Assembly: GCA_038065415.1 (NCBI GenBank)
Contig: JBBTRA010000004.1
Location: forward strand, 26,092-90,091
DNA length: 64,000 nt
Reading direction: 5' to 3'
DNA from: Patescibacteria group bacterium
Lineage (GTDB): Bacteria; Patescibacteriota; Minisyncoccia; Phycocordibacterales; PALSA-1337
Shown: piece after piece, positions 37,223 through 46,393 of the stretch
Numbering within the stretch: position 1 is the stretch's first letter
Layout: every line of letters begins with the position of its first letter
Translations under genes and position numbers: made by a program
Notes under the pieces: generated by a model
Told to the model about the DNA's origin: nothing
Database searches by the model: none
What the model saw: only the letters and a program-made list of their open reading frames with translations

Positions 37223-37738
37223 ATGACCCCAGAGATACTCCTCGGATCGAACAGTATCCACAAGCTCGAAGCGGTACGCAAAGCCTGTAAACAGGTCGGT
37301 CTAGAGACAACCGTCACTGGACTGAAGACTGCATCGGGACAGAACGAACAACCAGTCGGATGGGATGAGACGTACGCAGGCGCATTCGCACGGGCTTCTG
37401 CCGCACAAAAAGCGGACCCCGAAGCCATCGCCATCGGCATTGAAAGTGGCATCATGCGCTTCAACGAAAAAATGCCGATCACGCTCGACATCGCGATCAT
37501 CGTCATCCTGACACCCGACTGTCGAGAGATAGTGAGCTCATCTCCTGGCATACGCTTCCCCGAAGAATGCGTGCTCACAGCCCAAACACGTGGCTTCGAC
37601 AAATGCACCGTGGGATCAGTGATTCAAGAACGCTTCGGCGGAGACGCTACTGATCCTCACTGGATACTGAGCAATGGAAAAGTGCGTCGCGAGGCAACTC
37701 TCGTGAATGCCTTGGAAATAGCCCTCCATCAAATCTGA
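37223..37738 (+). CDS. YjjX-like non-canonical purine NTP phosphatase (ITPase/XTPase family)
   Basis: 'QPVGWDETYAGAFARA', 'IGIESGI' and 'DIAIIVI' parallel E. coli YjjX. Confidence 0.45.
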   Translation: MTPEILLGSNSIHKLEAVRKACKQVGLETTVTGLKTASGQNEQPVGWDETYAGAFARASAAQKADPEAIAIGIESGIMRFNEKMPITLDIAIIVILTPDCREIVSSSPGIRFPEECVLTAQTRGFDKCTVGSVIQERFGGDATDPHWILSNGKVRREATLVNALEIALHQI

Positions 37739-37776
37739 TCAAGTAAGAAGCCCCAACCATTCGGTTGGGGCTGTTT

Positions 37777-38271
37777 TTATTTTTGAGCACGTCCCGCGAG
37801 ACTGGCGATAATAGCCGATGTCGACGAGTGATCGATCTGATCGTGGAGGATCATGACCTTCTTCGCATGCTTCTTGCCAACAATGTCCGCCTCTTTACCC
37901 ATGAATGCGTCATTCTTGAAGATGACGTCGGGCTTGAAGATCTTGGCGGCCTTGCCGAAGTCGTCCAAGCCATTCATGACGAAAGCGAATGTAACCGGTC
38001 TGAGCGCATCCACCATGATGACCCGGTGGAAATCTGGCACGATAGGCCTGGTCGGGCCCTTGATCTGTCGAACCAGTTCGTCGGAATCGACCCCCACGAT
38101 GAGAATGTCACAATTCTGTCGGCAGCGGATGAAAAAGCTGAAATGGTAGAAGTGCACCAGATCGAAACATCCCGAGGCAAGACCGACGGTGATCTTCCCC
38201 TTCTTTCTCAGGGCAGCGATGCGATCCTGCACGACTTCGACAGTGTCGGGTACGTTGATATTGAAGACCAT
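37777..38271 (-). CDS. cytidylyltransferase-family nucleotidyltransferase (HxGH-type; RfaE domain II/TagD-like)
   Basis: 'VGLASGCFDLVHFYH' is the (T/H)xGH motif. Confidence 0.5.
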   Translation of the reverse strand: MVFNINVPDTVEVVQDRIAALRKKGKITVGLASGCFDLVHFYHFSFFIRCRQNCDILIVGVDSDELVRQIKGPTRPIVPDFHRVIMVDALRPVTFAFVMNGLDDFGKAAKIFKPDVIFKNDAFMGKEADIVGKKHAKKVMILHDQIDHSSTSAIIASLAGRAQK

Positions 38272-38387
38272 ATTCGAATTTCCTTTTGGTTGTGCTGTTA
38301 TTCCTCTTTTACAATAAAGCTAATTTATACACTACTATGATATTTATCATATGTCAATACCATGTCTGAACCCACTCCCCAGGATAT

Positions 38388-38416
38388 TGACATAACCTAT
38401 ATTTTGTAGTAGGGTC
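38388..38416 (+). promoter_or_regulatory. sigma-70-type promoter TTGACA-17-TAGGGT with shared 'TGTAGTAG' element (prs)
   Basis: Read directly. Confidence 0.4.
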
Positions 38417-38473
38417 TCTATCAGTTCATGCGGCCCAAAACAACAGCCGACTTCGGTTCATTTACAGCAACAT

Positions 38474-39388
38474 ATGAAAAAAACTCACTTAGTCACCCAT
38501 ACTCAGCATGCTCGCCATCTCATGGGAAACAGCCTCGGCCTCGCCGAATTGCTTCCTGCCGGGACGCGCATCGTGAAGCCAACGCCCAACAAGGAAGGTA
38601 AGTTCAACTTCCCCGACGGAGAGATCTATCTCCGACTGCCACACCTCAAGGATGTCGGGAACATCACGATCGTGCACAGCGGGTATCCCAATCCCAATGA
38701 CGGCCTGATCGAGCTCTACATGATGCTCGACATCATCAGGGGACACAAAAACGCATTGGGGAAAATTCACATCGTATTCGCCTCGTTCCCGTACGCCCGA
38801 CAAGACAACAGCTACTATGACGGCGAATTGAACGCAGCGCGCGAGCTCCTTCGCACGCTCATAGACAAAGGTGCGAGTTCGTTCAGTGTCATCGATGCTC
38901 ATTTCGCAGGCGAATCCTGGACACGGAGCTTGCCCATCGAAAACGTCAGCATGACGGAAAATCTCATGCAATACGCTCAACTCTCCCATCCAGGAATAGT
39001 GTTCATGACGCCTGACGCTGGATCGAGGCGCCGTACCAGGATCAAGTCGGGAACGACCAAGACGCGGACCAACTCGTTCGAAGTCGAAGTCAAAAGCGAC
39101 GACATGTTCCGCGACCAAGTCAGTGGCAAGATCGTCGCCGTAGTCGACGATCTCCTGAGCACCGGCATGACGCTGCAGCGCTTCCTCACAGAAGCGAAGC
39201 GAAGCGGCGCCAAGAAGGTGGCGGCGCTCGTCACCCACGGGGTCAATCCGGCCGGCATCGAGCTGACCAAGTCAACATTCGACGGCGGACTCTTCATGAC
39301 GAACACCATCGATCGCCCTGAAGCGAACATAGACGCCACCCAGACTGTCTGGGGGCTCATCCAAAAGGACGTCCTGCATGCACACTAA
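38474..39388 (+). CDS. prs: ribose-phosphate pyrophosphokinase (PRPP synthetase family), divergent N-terminus
   Basis: 'FPDGEIYLRL', 'NPNDGLIELYMMLDII', 'FPYARQDN' and the PRPP-binding 'IVAVVDDLLSTGMTL' are present. The canonical N-terminal 'FSGSS' segment is absent. Confidence 0.7.
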   Translation: MKKTHLVTHTQHARHLMGNSLGLAELLPAGTRIVKPTPNKEGKFNFPDGEIYLRLPHLKDVGNITIVHSGYPNPNDGLIELYMMLDIIRGHKNALGKIHIVFASFPYARQDNSYYDGELNAARELLRTLIDKGASSFSVIDAHFAGESWTRSLPIENVSMTENLMQYAQLSHPGIVFMTPDAGSRRRTRIKSGTTKTRTNSFEVEVKSDDMFRDQVSGKIVAVVDDLLSTGMTLQRFLTEAKRSGAKKVAALVTHGVNPAGIELTKSTFDGGLFMTNTIDRPEANIDATQTVWGLIQKDVLHAH

Positions 39389-39899
39389 GGCGAGCATCGA
39401 CTGTCCTCTTCCTACATACGTACACCCCAAGTGGCGCAACCGGAGAAGGTCGACAGTACGATTCGGATTCGATCTGCACGGAGTGGTCGACACCAACCCC
39501 GTGGGATTCCGCAAAATGATGGCCGCGCTCATCGCCAGTGGCTGTGAAGTGCACATTATCACTGGGGCAACCTGGGAACGGGAGCGTCCGACGCTCAAGA
39601 GGCTCCGGATACCCTTCACCCACTTCTTCTCGATTACCAATCATCATATGACAATCGGCACGAAGGTAGTTTGGGCGGATGCCGACAACCCTCATATCGA
39701 CCGGCATTTGTGGGATGAAACCAAGGCGATCTATTGCAAAGTCCATCGGATGACGATGCACTTCGATGATTCGGATCTCTACGGCCTGTATTTCCAAACT
39801 CCGTACATCCGCTTCTTCGCGAAGGACAGCGACCGCATCTTGAAAATGCATATCGTCCCTCCGAAAATCAAAGCGAATTGTCGTAAGAAAAAGAAGTGA
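39378..39899 (+). CDS. hypothetical protein, possible HAD-like hydrolase/nucleotidase
   Basis: 'FGFDLHGVV' (non-canonical motif I, D-x-H) and 'HFDDSD'. It overlaps prs by 11 nt. Confidence 0.3.
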   Translation: MHTKASIDCPLPTYVHPKWRNRRRSTVRFGFDLHGVVDTNPVGFRKMMAALIASGCEVHIITGATWERERPTLKRLRIPFTHFFSITNHHMTIGTKVVWADADNPHIDRHLWDETKAIYCKVHRMTMHFDDSDLYGLYFQTPYIRFFAKDSDRILKMHIVPPKIKANCRKKKK

Positions 39900-39993
39900 T
39901 GGACACACCGCATGCGAAAGTATGCGGTTTTTTATTACCGGGTAACAAAATAAAAAGGCCTTCCGAAGAAGACCTTGAAGGAACCGAGCATAT

Positions 39994-40773
39994 TCAGAAC
40001 AAGCCTTGCAATTTGGCAAGCGCATACGCGATGAAGAATTTCCCATCACGAGTGCGGTACGGCACCTGTTCAAGCGGAAGGATCAGTAGGCAGATCATCT
40101 CGCCCTCATCCTTGTTACCCGTCAACTTGCCCTGCAATTCTTTGATCACATCTCCAGAAACCTCTTTGCGAAAGAGGAAGAACCGCATACCCTCATCGCA
40201 TGCTCCAGGTGAGAGTGCAATCGGTTTTTCGAAAGGGATCAGCTGCGTGCATCCCACCGGATCAGGAGTGAGCGGAATGAGCTCTGCAGGATCCAATCTC
40301 ATGCCGACCTCCTCTTCGAATTCTCTGGCCGCGACACCGATGAAGTTGCTGCTTTGGTCGAGCATACCCGCGGGAATCTCAACCAACTCAGGATCACCGA
40401 CTGGCAACCGTACTTGACTGGTAAGGATGACAAACTTCTCATCCGAGCCCAAGATAGTCAATATCGGGAGGATCGCCACCGAATCACCCCTCAGGAATAC
40501 AACATCTGGCAAGATTCGTTTGCCATCTTTGCCGTGTGCTTCCACCGACAGTTTTGCGAAGATCGGTTTGTTATCGGCCTTGAAGTCGACCGAGACCATA
40601 GTCACCGACTTGATGGTTATGTCGGGATGGATCGAATCAATCCAACGCTGGAACAATGCGGACCCGCCAAAGATCGAGACTTCGGGCGAATCGATATGCG
40701 AATAGCCATGGAGTTTGAACTGGTTTCCGTTGCAAACATATGTGTTGCTCATGTAAATGTGCCTTTCTTGCAA
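39994..40773 (-). CDS. NUDIX hydrolase, ADP-ribose pyrophosphatase-like
   Basis: Nudix box 'GMLDQSSNFIGVAAREFEEEVGM'. It has its own TTGACT-17-TATACA promoter on the minus strand at about 40785..40815. Confidence 0.6.
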   Translation of the reverse strand: MQERHIYMSNTYVCNGNQFKLHGYSHIDSPEVSIFGGSALFQRWIDSIHPDITIKSVTMVSVDFKADNKPIFAKLSVEAHGKDGKRILPDVVFLRGDSVAILPILTILGSDEKFVILTSQVRLPVGDPELVEIPAGMLDQSSNFIGVAAREFEEEVGMRLDPAELIPLTPDPVGCTQLIPFEKPIALSPGACDEGMRFFLFRKEVSGDVIKELQGKLTGNKDEGEMICLLILPLEQVPYRTRDGKFFIAYALAKLQGLF

Positions 40774-40829
40774 ACATGTATATCACATTTATATACGATA
40801 GTCAACAGCTACCCACCCTTTGCGCTATC

Positions 40830-41351
40830 CTATATCTTTTTGAATTTCTCCCACTTCTCCTTGAACAGGCTCTGTAATTCCGGCAGTATAGTTTGGTCTA
40901 TCAACCCTTCAAGCGGCCTACCAGCAATGAGACAATCGCGTACTTCGGTAGCCGAGGTCTTCACAGATGTACCATCAAATCTATTGAGTATAGTGCAGTC
41001 TCTGCCGTCATCGAGAAAAAAGCGGATGTCTTCCTCACAGCCTCCAAAGAAAGTTACTTGAGCGGGATCCATACCTGCGACACGGATAATATCGTCGAGC
41101 GCAGCAAGCCATTCCCCGTCATTGTGATAGTCAGGTAAACCGACAAGTTTGATGCCAGGAAATAATTTCTGGATGAATTGCTTGCGCTCGTGATATGAGA
41201 AAAAATGACGGAGCGAAAATGGTGCATTTGAGCTTCCGATCACCAAGAAGCAGTTGTCGAGACCATATCTCTCTATCATCTGGCGCACAACAATCACATG
41301 ACCGTTGTGAACGGGATTGAACCTGCCGACATATATGGCTGACTTCTTCAT
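40830..41351 (-). CDS. nadM: nicotinamide/nicotinate mononucleotide adenylyltransferase, archaeal NadM type
   Basis: 'AIYVGRFNPVHNGH' is the GRFQPFHxGH motif, with 'SATEVR' downstream. The start is taken at MKKSAIYVGRF. Confidence 0.7.
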   Translation of the reverse strand: MKKSAIYVGRFNPVHNGHVIVVRQMIERYGLDNCFLVIGSSNAPFSLRHFFSYHERKQFIQKLFPGIKLVGLPDYHNDGEWLAALDDIIRVAGMDPAQVTFFGGCEEDIRFFLDDGRDCTILNRFDGTSVKTSATEVRDCLIAGRPLEGLIDQTILPELQSLFKEKWEKFKKI

Positions 41352-41480
41352 ATGCGACAGATTGTAACATGCTGACGCTAGAGAACGCAGTGTCTTAGAG
41401 ATCATAGATATATTGACATAGCGCCATTTAAATGCTATCGTTTTACCGGATAAACCTTTCAAAATTCAACCCATTGAAAA

Positions 41481-42047
41481 ATGAATACCGAATCATTCGA
41501 CATCTCGGGACTCCTACAAAGGGTCCAGAATTATGTATTGGATGACCCATCATCCCCTTCACCATTCTCTCGGAGGCTCGCCTCCGACAATGGATGGACT
41601 CACGAGTACGCTCTACGTGCACTCGAGGAATACAAACGATTCACGTTCCTGAGTGTCGTCGCCGGACATCCTGTGACACCCTCGGACGAAGTGGACCAAG
41701 CATGGCACTTGCATATGATCTACACCGAAGAGTACTGGGGCAATTTCTGTCCCAATATCCTCGGCCGACCACTGCATCATGGACCGAGCAAGGGTGGCAG
41801 AAAAGAGAGCGATAAATTTGAGGACTGGTACGCAAAAACCAAATCCTCCTATGAACGCTTCTTCCACCACCCTCCACCCGCCGATATCTGGCCATCACAT
41901 GAGATCCGCTTCAAACGCGAGTTCATGCGAGTCGATGTGCGAGAGCACGTCATTATCAGGAAGGAAGACTTCCCCGTCATCTCTTCCCTTGCCGTACTCA
42001 TGCTCGAAACCATAACCAGACTCACCAAGAGAAAGGCTCACCGATGA
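41481..42047 (+). CDS. hypothetical protein, possibly GRDP-like (DUF1399)
   Basis: 'VDQAWHLHMIYTEEYW' resembles the GRDP 'WH.H' core. The stop overlaps the next start (ATGA). Confidence 0.3.
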   Translation: MNTESFDISGLLQRVQNYVLDDPSSPSPFSRRLASDNGWTHEYALRALEEYKRFTFLSVVAGHPVTPSDEVDQAWHLHMIYTEEYWGNFCPNILGRPLHHGPSKGGRKESDKFEDWYAKTKSSYERFFHHPPPADIWPSHEIRFKREFMRVDVREHVIIRKEDFPVISSLAVLMLETITRLTKRKAHR

Positions 42048-43051
42048 AAATTACGACTACTGCATGCGCAGCCCTTGTGGCCATACTCATGCTCGCAAAC
42101 ACTTGGAATGGGAGTTCGGCAAGCTTGCCCGACTTCCCCGAGCGGCCCACGCTCGACCAGGCAGAAATGCTCAGTACGAAGCAACGGGATCACCTCGATG
42201 CGCGCGTGCAGGCATTCATGGATAAGACGTCAATGCAGATCAGACTCGTGACGGTGGTCGATACGGCCCCCTATCCGACCGCATCGGCCTATGCCGAAGA
42301 TCTGTATCACCAATGGAAACTCGGTAACCGGAGCACGCACAACGGCCTGCTCCTCGTCATCGCAGGATCCGTCGGCACCAACAGTCATGACATGCAGCAC
42401 TATTGCCGTATCATGACTGGATGGGGCATCGTCAGGATCATACCCGACGACGCCGTCATATCGATCAAGCATGAATACATGATGGCTCGTCTACCAGACC
42501 AGCCATTCCTAGCATTCAACAACACGCTCGATGTACTGTTCGCACGAATTGAGGACTGGCATTCGAAACATCCAAACGACAAAACGATACAAGGATCGAT
42601 AGTTGGGAACCAGGAGGTTTCAGCTACACAGGCACCTGAACAGGAAACCTCAACAGACAGTGGAGCGGGAAGCGCTATACTGATCATCGTGATCATGGTA
42701 GTCATCGTGATCGTCGCACTCATCATATCCGCAATACTATCGGGATCGTCGACCCCGAGCTACTATGCCTCGCCCAAAATCGAGCTGAGAACACCACCCT
42801 CAAGCGTACCAGTAGCATCGACGGCACCGGCACCGATCACACTCGCCGCAGCAGCTGTGCCTACAGCAAAGGAAATTCCTCGGACAATCTACTCTTCGAA
42901 AGTTGAGCAGAAATCCAAGAAGAAATCCTCTTCTGATGGTGGTTCAGGATGTGGAACCACTATCGCAGCTTGTGGTACTACCTCATCGTCATGTAGTTCC
43001 GCATCATGTGGCGGAGGAGGTGGATGTGGAGGCGGAGGATGTGGTAGTTGA
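42044..43051 (+). CDS. TPM-domain (TLP18.3/Psb32/MOLO-1) protein with C-terminal TM helix and Gly/Cys-rich tail
   Basis: A signal peptide is followed by a TPM-like 'HNGLLLVIAGSVG...' core, a TM helix 'ILIIVIMVVIVIVALII', and the tail 'CGGGGGCGGGGCGS'. Confidence 0.55.
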   Translation: MKITTTACAALVAILMLANTWNGSSASLPDFPERPTLDQAEMLSTKQRDHLDARVQAFMDKTSMQIRLVTVVDTAPYPTASAYAEDLYHQWKLGNRSTHNGLLLVIAGSVGTNSHDMQHYCRIMTGWGIVRIIPDDAVISIKHEYMMARLPDQPFLAFNNTLDVLFARIEDWHSKHPNDKTIQGSIVGNQEVSATQAPEQETSTDSGAGSAILIIVIMVVIVIVALIISAILSGSSTPSYYASPKIELRTPPSSVPVASTAPAPITLAAAAVPTAKEIPRTIYSSKVEQKSKKKSSSDGGSGCGTTIAACGTTSSSCSSASCGGGGGCGGGGCGS

Positions 43052-43061
43052 ATAACCGATA

Positions 43062-43092
43062 CAAAACAACCAGCGCTTGAGGAATTCCTCAA
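43062..43092. terminator. bidirectional intrinsic terminator
   Basis: agcgcttgagg-aatt-cctcaagcgct followed by TTTTT. Confidence 0.6.
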
Positions 43093-43117
43093 GCGCTTTT
43101 TATATACCTCAACTTAC

Positions 43118-44260
43118 CTACGCCTCATCCCCACCCTCAGGCTTCTCGAGCATCGCTACCTCTATACCCGGTGTCTCGCCCGTAATGCGCAAAACATCTT
43201 TGTCTACCTTCTTGAGTTCCTTGCCGGAATTGTTGTAGTGATTGACCACGGTTGAGAGCGAGGTACCAAGCTTCACATGATATTCCTCATACTTCTTGAG
43301 GTGCGTGCCGAGCTGGCCCACATGTTTGACGATATCCTTTGCTGTCTCCTCGATGACCATCGCCTTGAGTCCTTGGAGCACTGTCTGTAGATATGCAAGG
43401 AATGAGGTCGGCGATACGATGATCACCTTATACTTGCTCGCCGCGCGCTGGATGAGGTTGTCGGTCTCCTCGAGAGATGCACCAATCTTGTTAACCAAAA
43501 GATCATAGTAGATAGCCTCGTGAGGTATGAACATGAATGCAAAATCCATCGTGTTTTCTGCTGGACGGATATACTTGGATGTTTCCTGGATACGGATCTT
43601 GAGATCTCCGACAAATGCCTTCTCGAGCTTGTCGCGTTCGGCAGGATTCTTCTCTTCGACCAGTTTGTTGTAGTTTTCGAGAGAGAACTTGGAATCGATC
43701 GGAATAACCTTGTCTTTCACGAAGACGGCCGCATCGACGATCTCCCCATTCTTGAAGGCATACTGCATCTGATACTGACCCGGTGCCAACACATTCTTGA
43801 GAAGCGTCTCGAGATAGTACTCTCCGAGGATCCCACGATGTTTTGGATTCTTGAGGATGTCCTGGAGATTCTGGAGCTGATCCGCAAAAGACACCACCTG
43901 CTTGTTGGTCTCATCGAGCTTGGTGAGACCTTGAGTTACTTCGCGGATGAGCTTGGACGACTCAGAGAGCTGGGAGCGCATAGACTCCTGCATATTCTTG
44001 GACGACTCATTGATCTTACTATCCACGGTCTTGGTGAGGTCACCAACCTTACTGTCGACCGTGCGCGTGAGATCCTTGGTCAGATCCCCCACTTTACGAT
44101 CCACAGTACGAGACATCTCGTTGATTTGCTCGAGGATGAGCTTGAGGCCGGTGTCGTCCTTGGGAGCCTCCGGAGCGGCTTTCTTGCGCAAAAAAAGAAC
44201 GCCAAGCACAACATTGGCGAGGATGGCGACGATCACGAGGATGATAAGGAGAGTGGTCAT
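43118..44260 (-). CDS. rmuC: DNA recombination protein RmuC
   Basis: An N-terminal TM segment, a coiled-coil and the RmuC C-terminal nuclease-like region ('FMFIPHEAIYYDLL'). Confidence 0.75.
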   Translation of the reverse strand: MTTLLIILVIVAILANVVLGVLFLRKKAAPEAPKDDTGLKLILEQINEMSRTVDRKVGDLTKDLTRTVDSKVGDLTKTVDSKINESSKNMQESMRSQLSESSKLIREVTQGLTKLDETNKQVVSFADQLQNLQDILKNPKHRGILGEYYLETLLKNVLAPGQYQMQYAFKNGEIVDAAVFVKDKVIPIDSKFSLENYNKLVEEKNPAERDKLEKAFVGDLKIRIQETSKYIRPAENTMDFAFMFIPHEAIYYDLLVNKIGASLEETDNLIQRAASKYKVIIVSPTSFLAYLQTVLQGLKAMVIEETAKDIVKHVGQLGTHLKKYEEYHVKLGTSLSTVVNHYNNSGKELKKVDKDVLRITGETPGIEVAMLEKPEGGDEA

Positions 44261-44299
44261 GGGTATAGTCTACTAGGGTTTAAGCGTATTTACAAAATG

Positions 44300-44555
44300 C
44301 ATCGCACCCCACTTTCAACAGCTTTTGCGTGTCAGTTGCCTTCCCGCTCCCCATTTAGTATCATTCCCTATGCAGAAGTCGTCACAGTTACCACCTGTGA
44401 TCGGGCGCTCAGAGGAGCCTCGAGTCTTTGAACCCAATCTGTATCAAATGAGTGTCCGCTTAATAGTGGAAAACTCGGTGGAACCGCGAGGAACGATGTT
44501 CTCCGCCCGAGTATGTGCGTGAATTTTCATGCATATACTCGGGCGCATTTTATTA
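44300..44555 (+). promoter_or_regulatory. T-box riboswitch-like leader of thrS (Thr ACC specifier candidate, T-box sequence, terminator)
   Basis: 'GGTGGAACCGCG' (44477..44488) matches the T-box consensus AGGGUGGNACCGCG. It is followed immediately by an 11-bp terminator stem (44504..44514 / 44535..44545) and a T-run. A short hairpin tcacag-ttACCAc-ctgtga at 44382..44400 places ACC followed by A in its loop. Confidence 0.55.
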
Positions 44556-44582
44556 GCAAAGCCTTATCAAATCCCATCACCA

Positions 44583-46330
44583 TGAACCCAGACCACCTCC
44601 CCCATCTCCGCCACACGCTTGCCCACCTCTTGGCAGCCGCAGTACTCGAGCAATATCCAGATGCAAAGCCGACCATCGGTCCCGCCATCGACAACGGCTT
44701 CTACTATGACTTCCAATTCTCGACCCCGATCGCTGAGACTGATCTCAAGGATATCGAGAAGAAGATGCGCAAACTTCTCCCTTCATGGAAGACGGTCGAG
44801 CACAAAGAAGTCTCCAAGGAAGACGCTTTGAAACATTTTGAGGCCAATCCATTCAAGCTCGAACTCATCAATGAAATCGCCGAGAAGGGTGAAAAGATCA
44901 CCTTCTATACTATGGGCAAGTTCACTGATCTTTGCCGTGGTGGACATATCGAGAGTCCAGCAAAAGAGATTCCTTCAGACTGCTTCAAACTCTCCAAGAT
45001 CGCGGGCGCATATTGGCGCGGTGACGAGAAGAATCCTCAGCTCACCCGCATCTACGGACTCGCGTTCGCGACCAAGGATGAGCTCGAGGGTCACCTCACC
45101 ATGATGAAAGAAGCCGAGAAACGCGATCATCGCAAAATCGGCAAGGAAATGGATATCTTCGAGTTCGACGATGATGTAGGTCCTGGACTTCCCCTCTGGC
45201 TGCCAAATGGTGGCGCTCTCATAGAAGAACTCGAGAAACTCGCCAAGGAGACAGAATTCAAGATGGACTATGTCCGTGTACGCTCGCCACATCTCGCCAA
45301 GGAGGCTCTCTACAAAACCAGCGGCCATCTACCCTACTATGAGGATTCTATGTACCCTCCGATGGAATACGAGGGCGGCAAGTATTATCTCAAGGCAATG
45401 AACTGCCCGCACCACCACAAGATCTATGCGGCTCGCCCTAAGAGCTACCGAGACCTTCCGCTCAGGCTGGCAGAGTACGGCACCTGCTATCGCCATGAGA
45501 AATCCGGTGAGCTCTTCGGTCTCATGCGTGTACGAACTCTTCAGATGAACGATGCGCATATTTACTGCACCGAGGAACAGTTCGCTGATGAATTCCGTGC
45601 AGTGAATGAGATGTATCTCAAATACTTCAAGATATTCGGCGTGGACAAATATGTCATGCGCTTCTCCACTCATGATCCCAAGAGGCTTGGAGAGAAGTTC
45701 GTCAACGAACCAGAGCTCTGGAAAAAGACTGAGGACATGGTCAGGAAGGTGCTCATCGACTCCAAGATCCCCTACATCGAAGTACCCAATGAAGCCGCCT
45801 TCTACGGCCCCAAGATCGATGTACAGGTCTGGTCTGCAATCGGCCGTGAATTCACCTTAGCAACAAATCAAGTCGACTTCGCTGTACCAGCCCGCTTCGG
45901 CCTCACCTATACCGACAAGGATGGCGGTCTCAAGACACCGCTCTGTATCCATCGTGCACCGCTCGGCACTCATGAACGCTTCATTGGTTTCCTCATCGAG
46001 CACTATGGGGGCAACTTCCCACTCTGGCTCGCGCCTGTGCAAATCAAAGTCATTCCTGTGCTCGAGGCACATTTTGAGGAGGCGCAAAAAGTCCACAACG
46101 CCCTCCGAGCTCTCATGATCCGTTCCGAGATTGATCTCTCGAACGACGGCTTCGGCAAGAAGATCAGGAATGCAAAAAATGAGCGTGTACCATATACCAT
46201 CATTCTCGGAGACAAGGATATCGCGGCCGGGAAAGTTACCTTGGAAAGTAGGGATAAAGGCCAGGTCGGACAAGTTTCGATCGATGAAGTATTGAAAACG
46301 CTCGAAGCCGATATCAAAGAAAGAAAATAG
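44583..46330 (+). CDS. thrS: threonyl-tRNA synthetase lacking the N-terminal TGS (N1) domain
   Basis: Editing-domain 'HTLAHLL', class II motifs ('FRDLPLRLAEYGTCYRHE', 'RVRTLQMNDAHIY') and a C-terminal anticodon-binding domain. 582 aa from MNPDH. Confidence 0.85.
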
Positions 46331-46357
46331 CGACCCTCAAAATATCTCCACAATAGT

Positions 46358-46388
46358 AAAGGCCCTTGCTTCGCAGCAAGGGCCTTTG
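46358..46388. terminator. bidirectional terminator hairpin
   Basis: aggcccttgc-ttcgca-gcaagggcct between convergent thrS and the zinc-ribbon gene. Confidence 0.45.
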
Positions 46389-46393
46389 TGATG

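Noticed and set aside
38474-39388. Interpreting the divergent Prs plus the PncB-like gene as a phage-type NAD reconstitution pathway (Adps/Namat) on a prophage
   Set aside because: The surrounding genes are chromosomal housekeeping and NrtR-regulon genes with no phage hallmarks. PncB shows the nicotinate-PRTase signature rather than the NAMPT one. A bacterial salvage regulon is the simpler explanation.
41395-41445. Imperfect palindrome ATAGC-gcc-ATTTAAAT-GCTAT and the AT-rich palindrome ATGATAttTATCAT (38326..38339) as NrtR operators
   Set aside because: They are not shared among the other NAD promoters, and AT-rich palindromes of this size are expected by chance in these regions.
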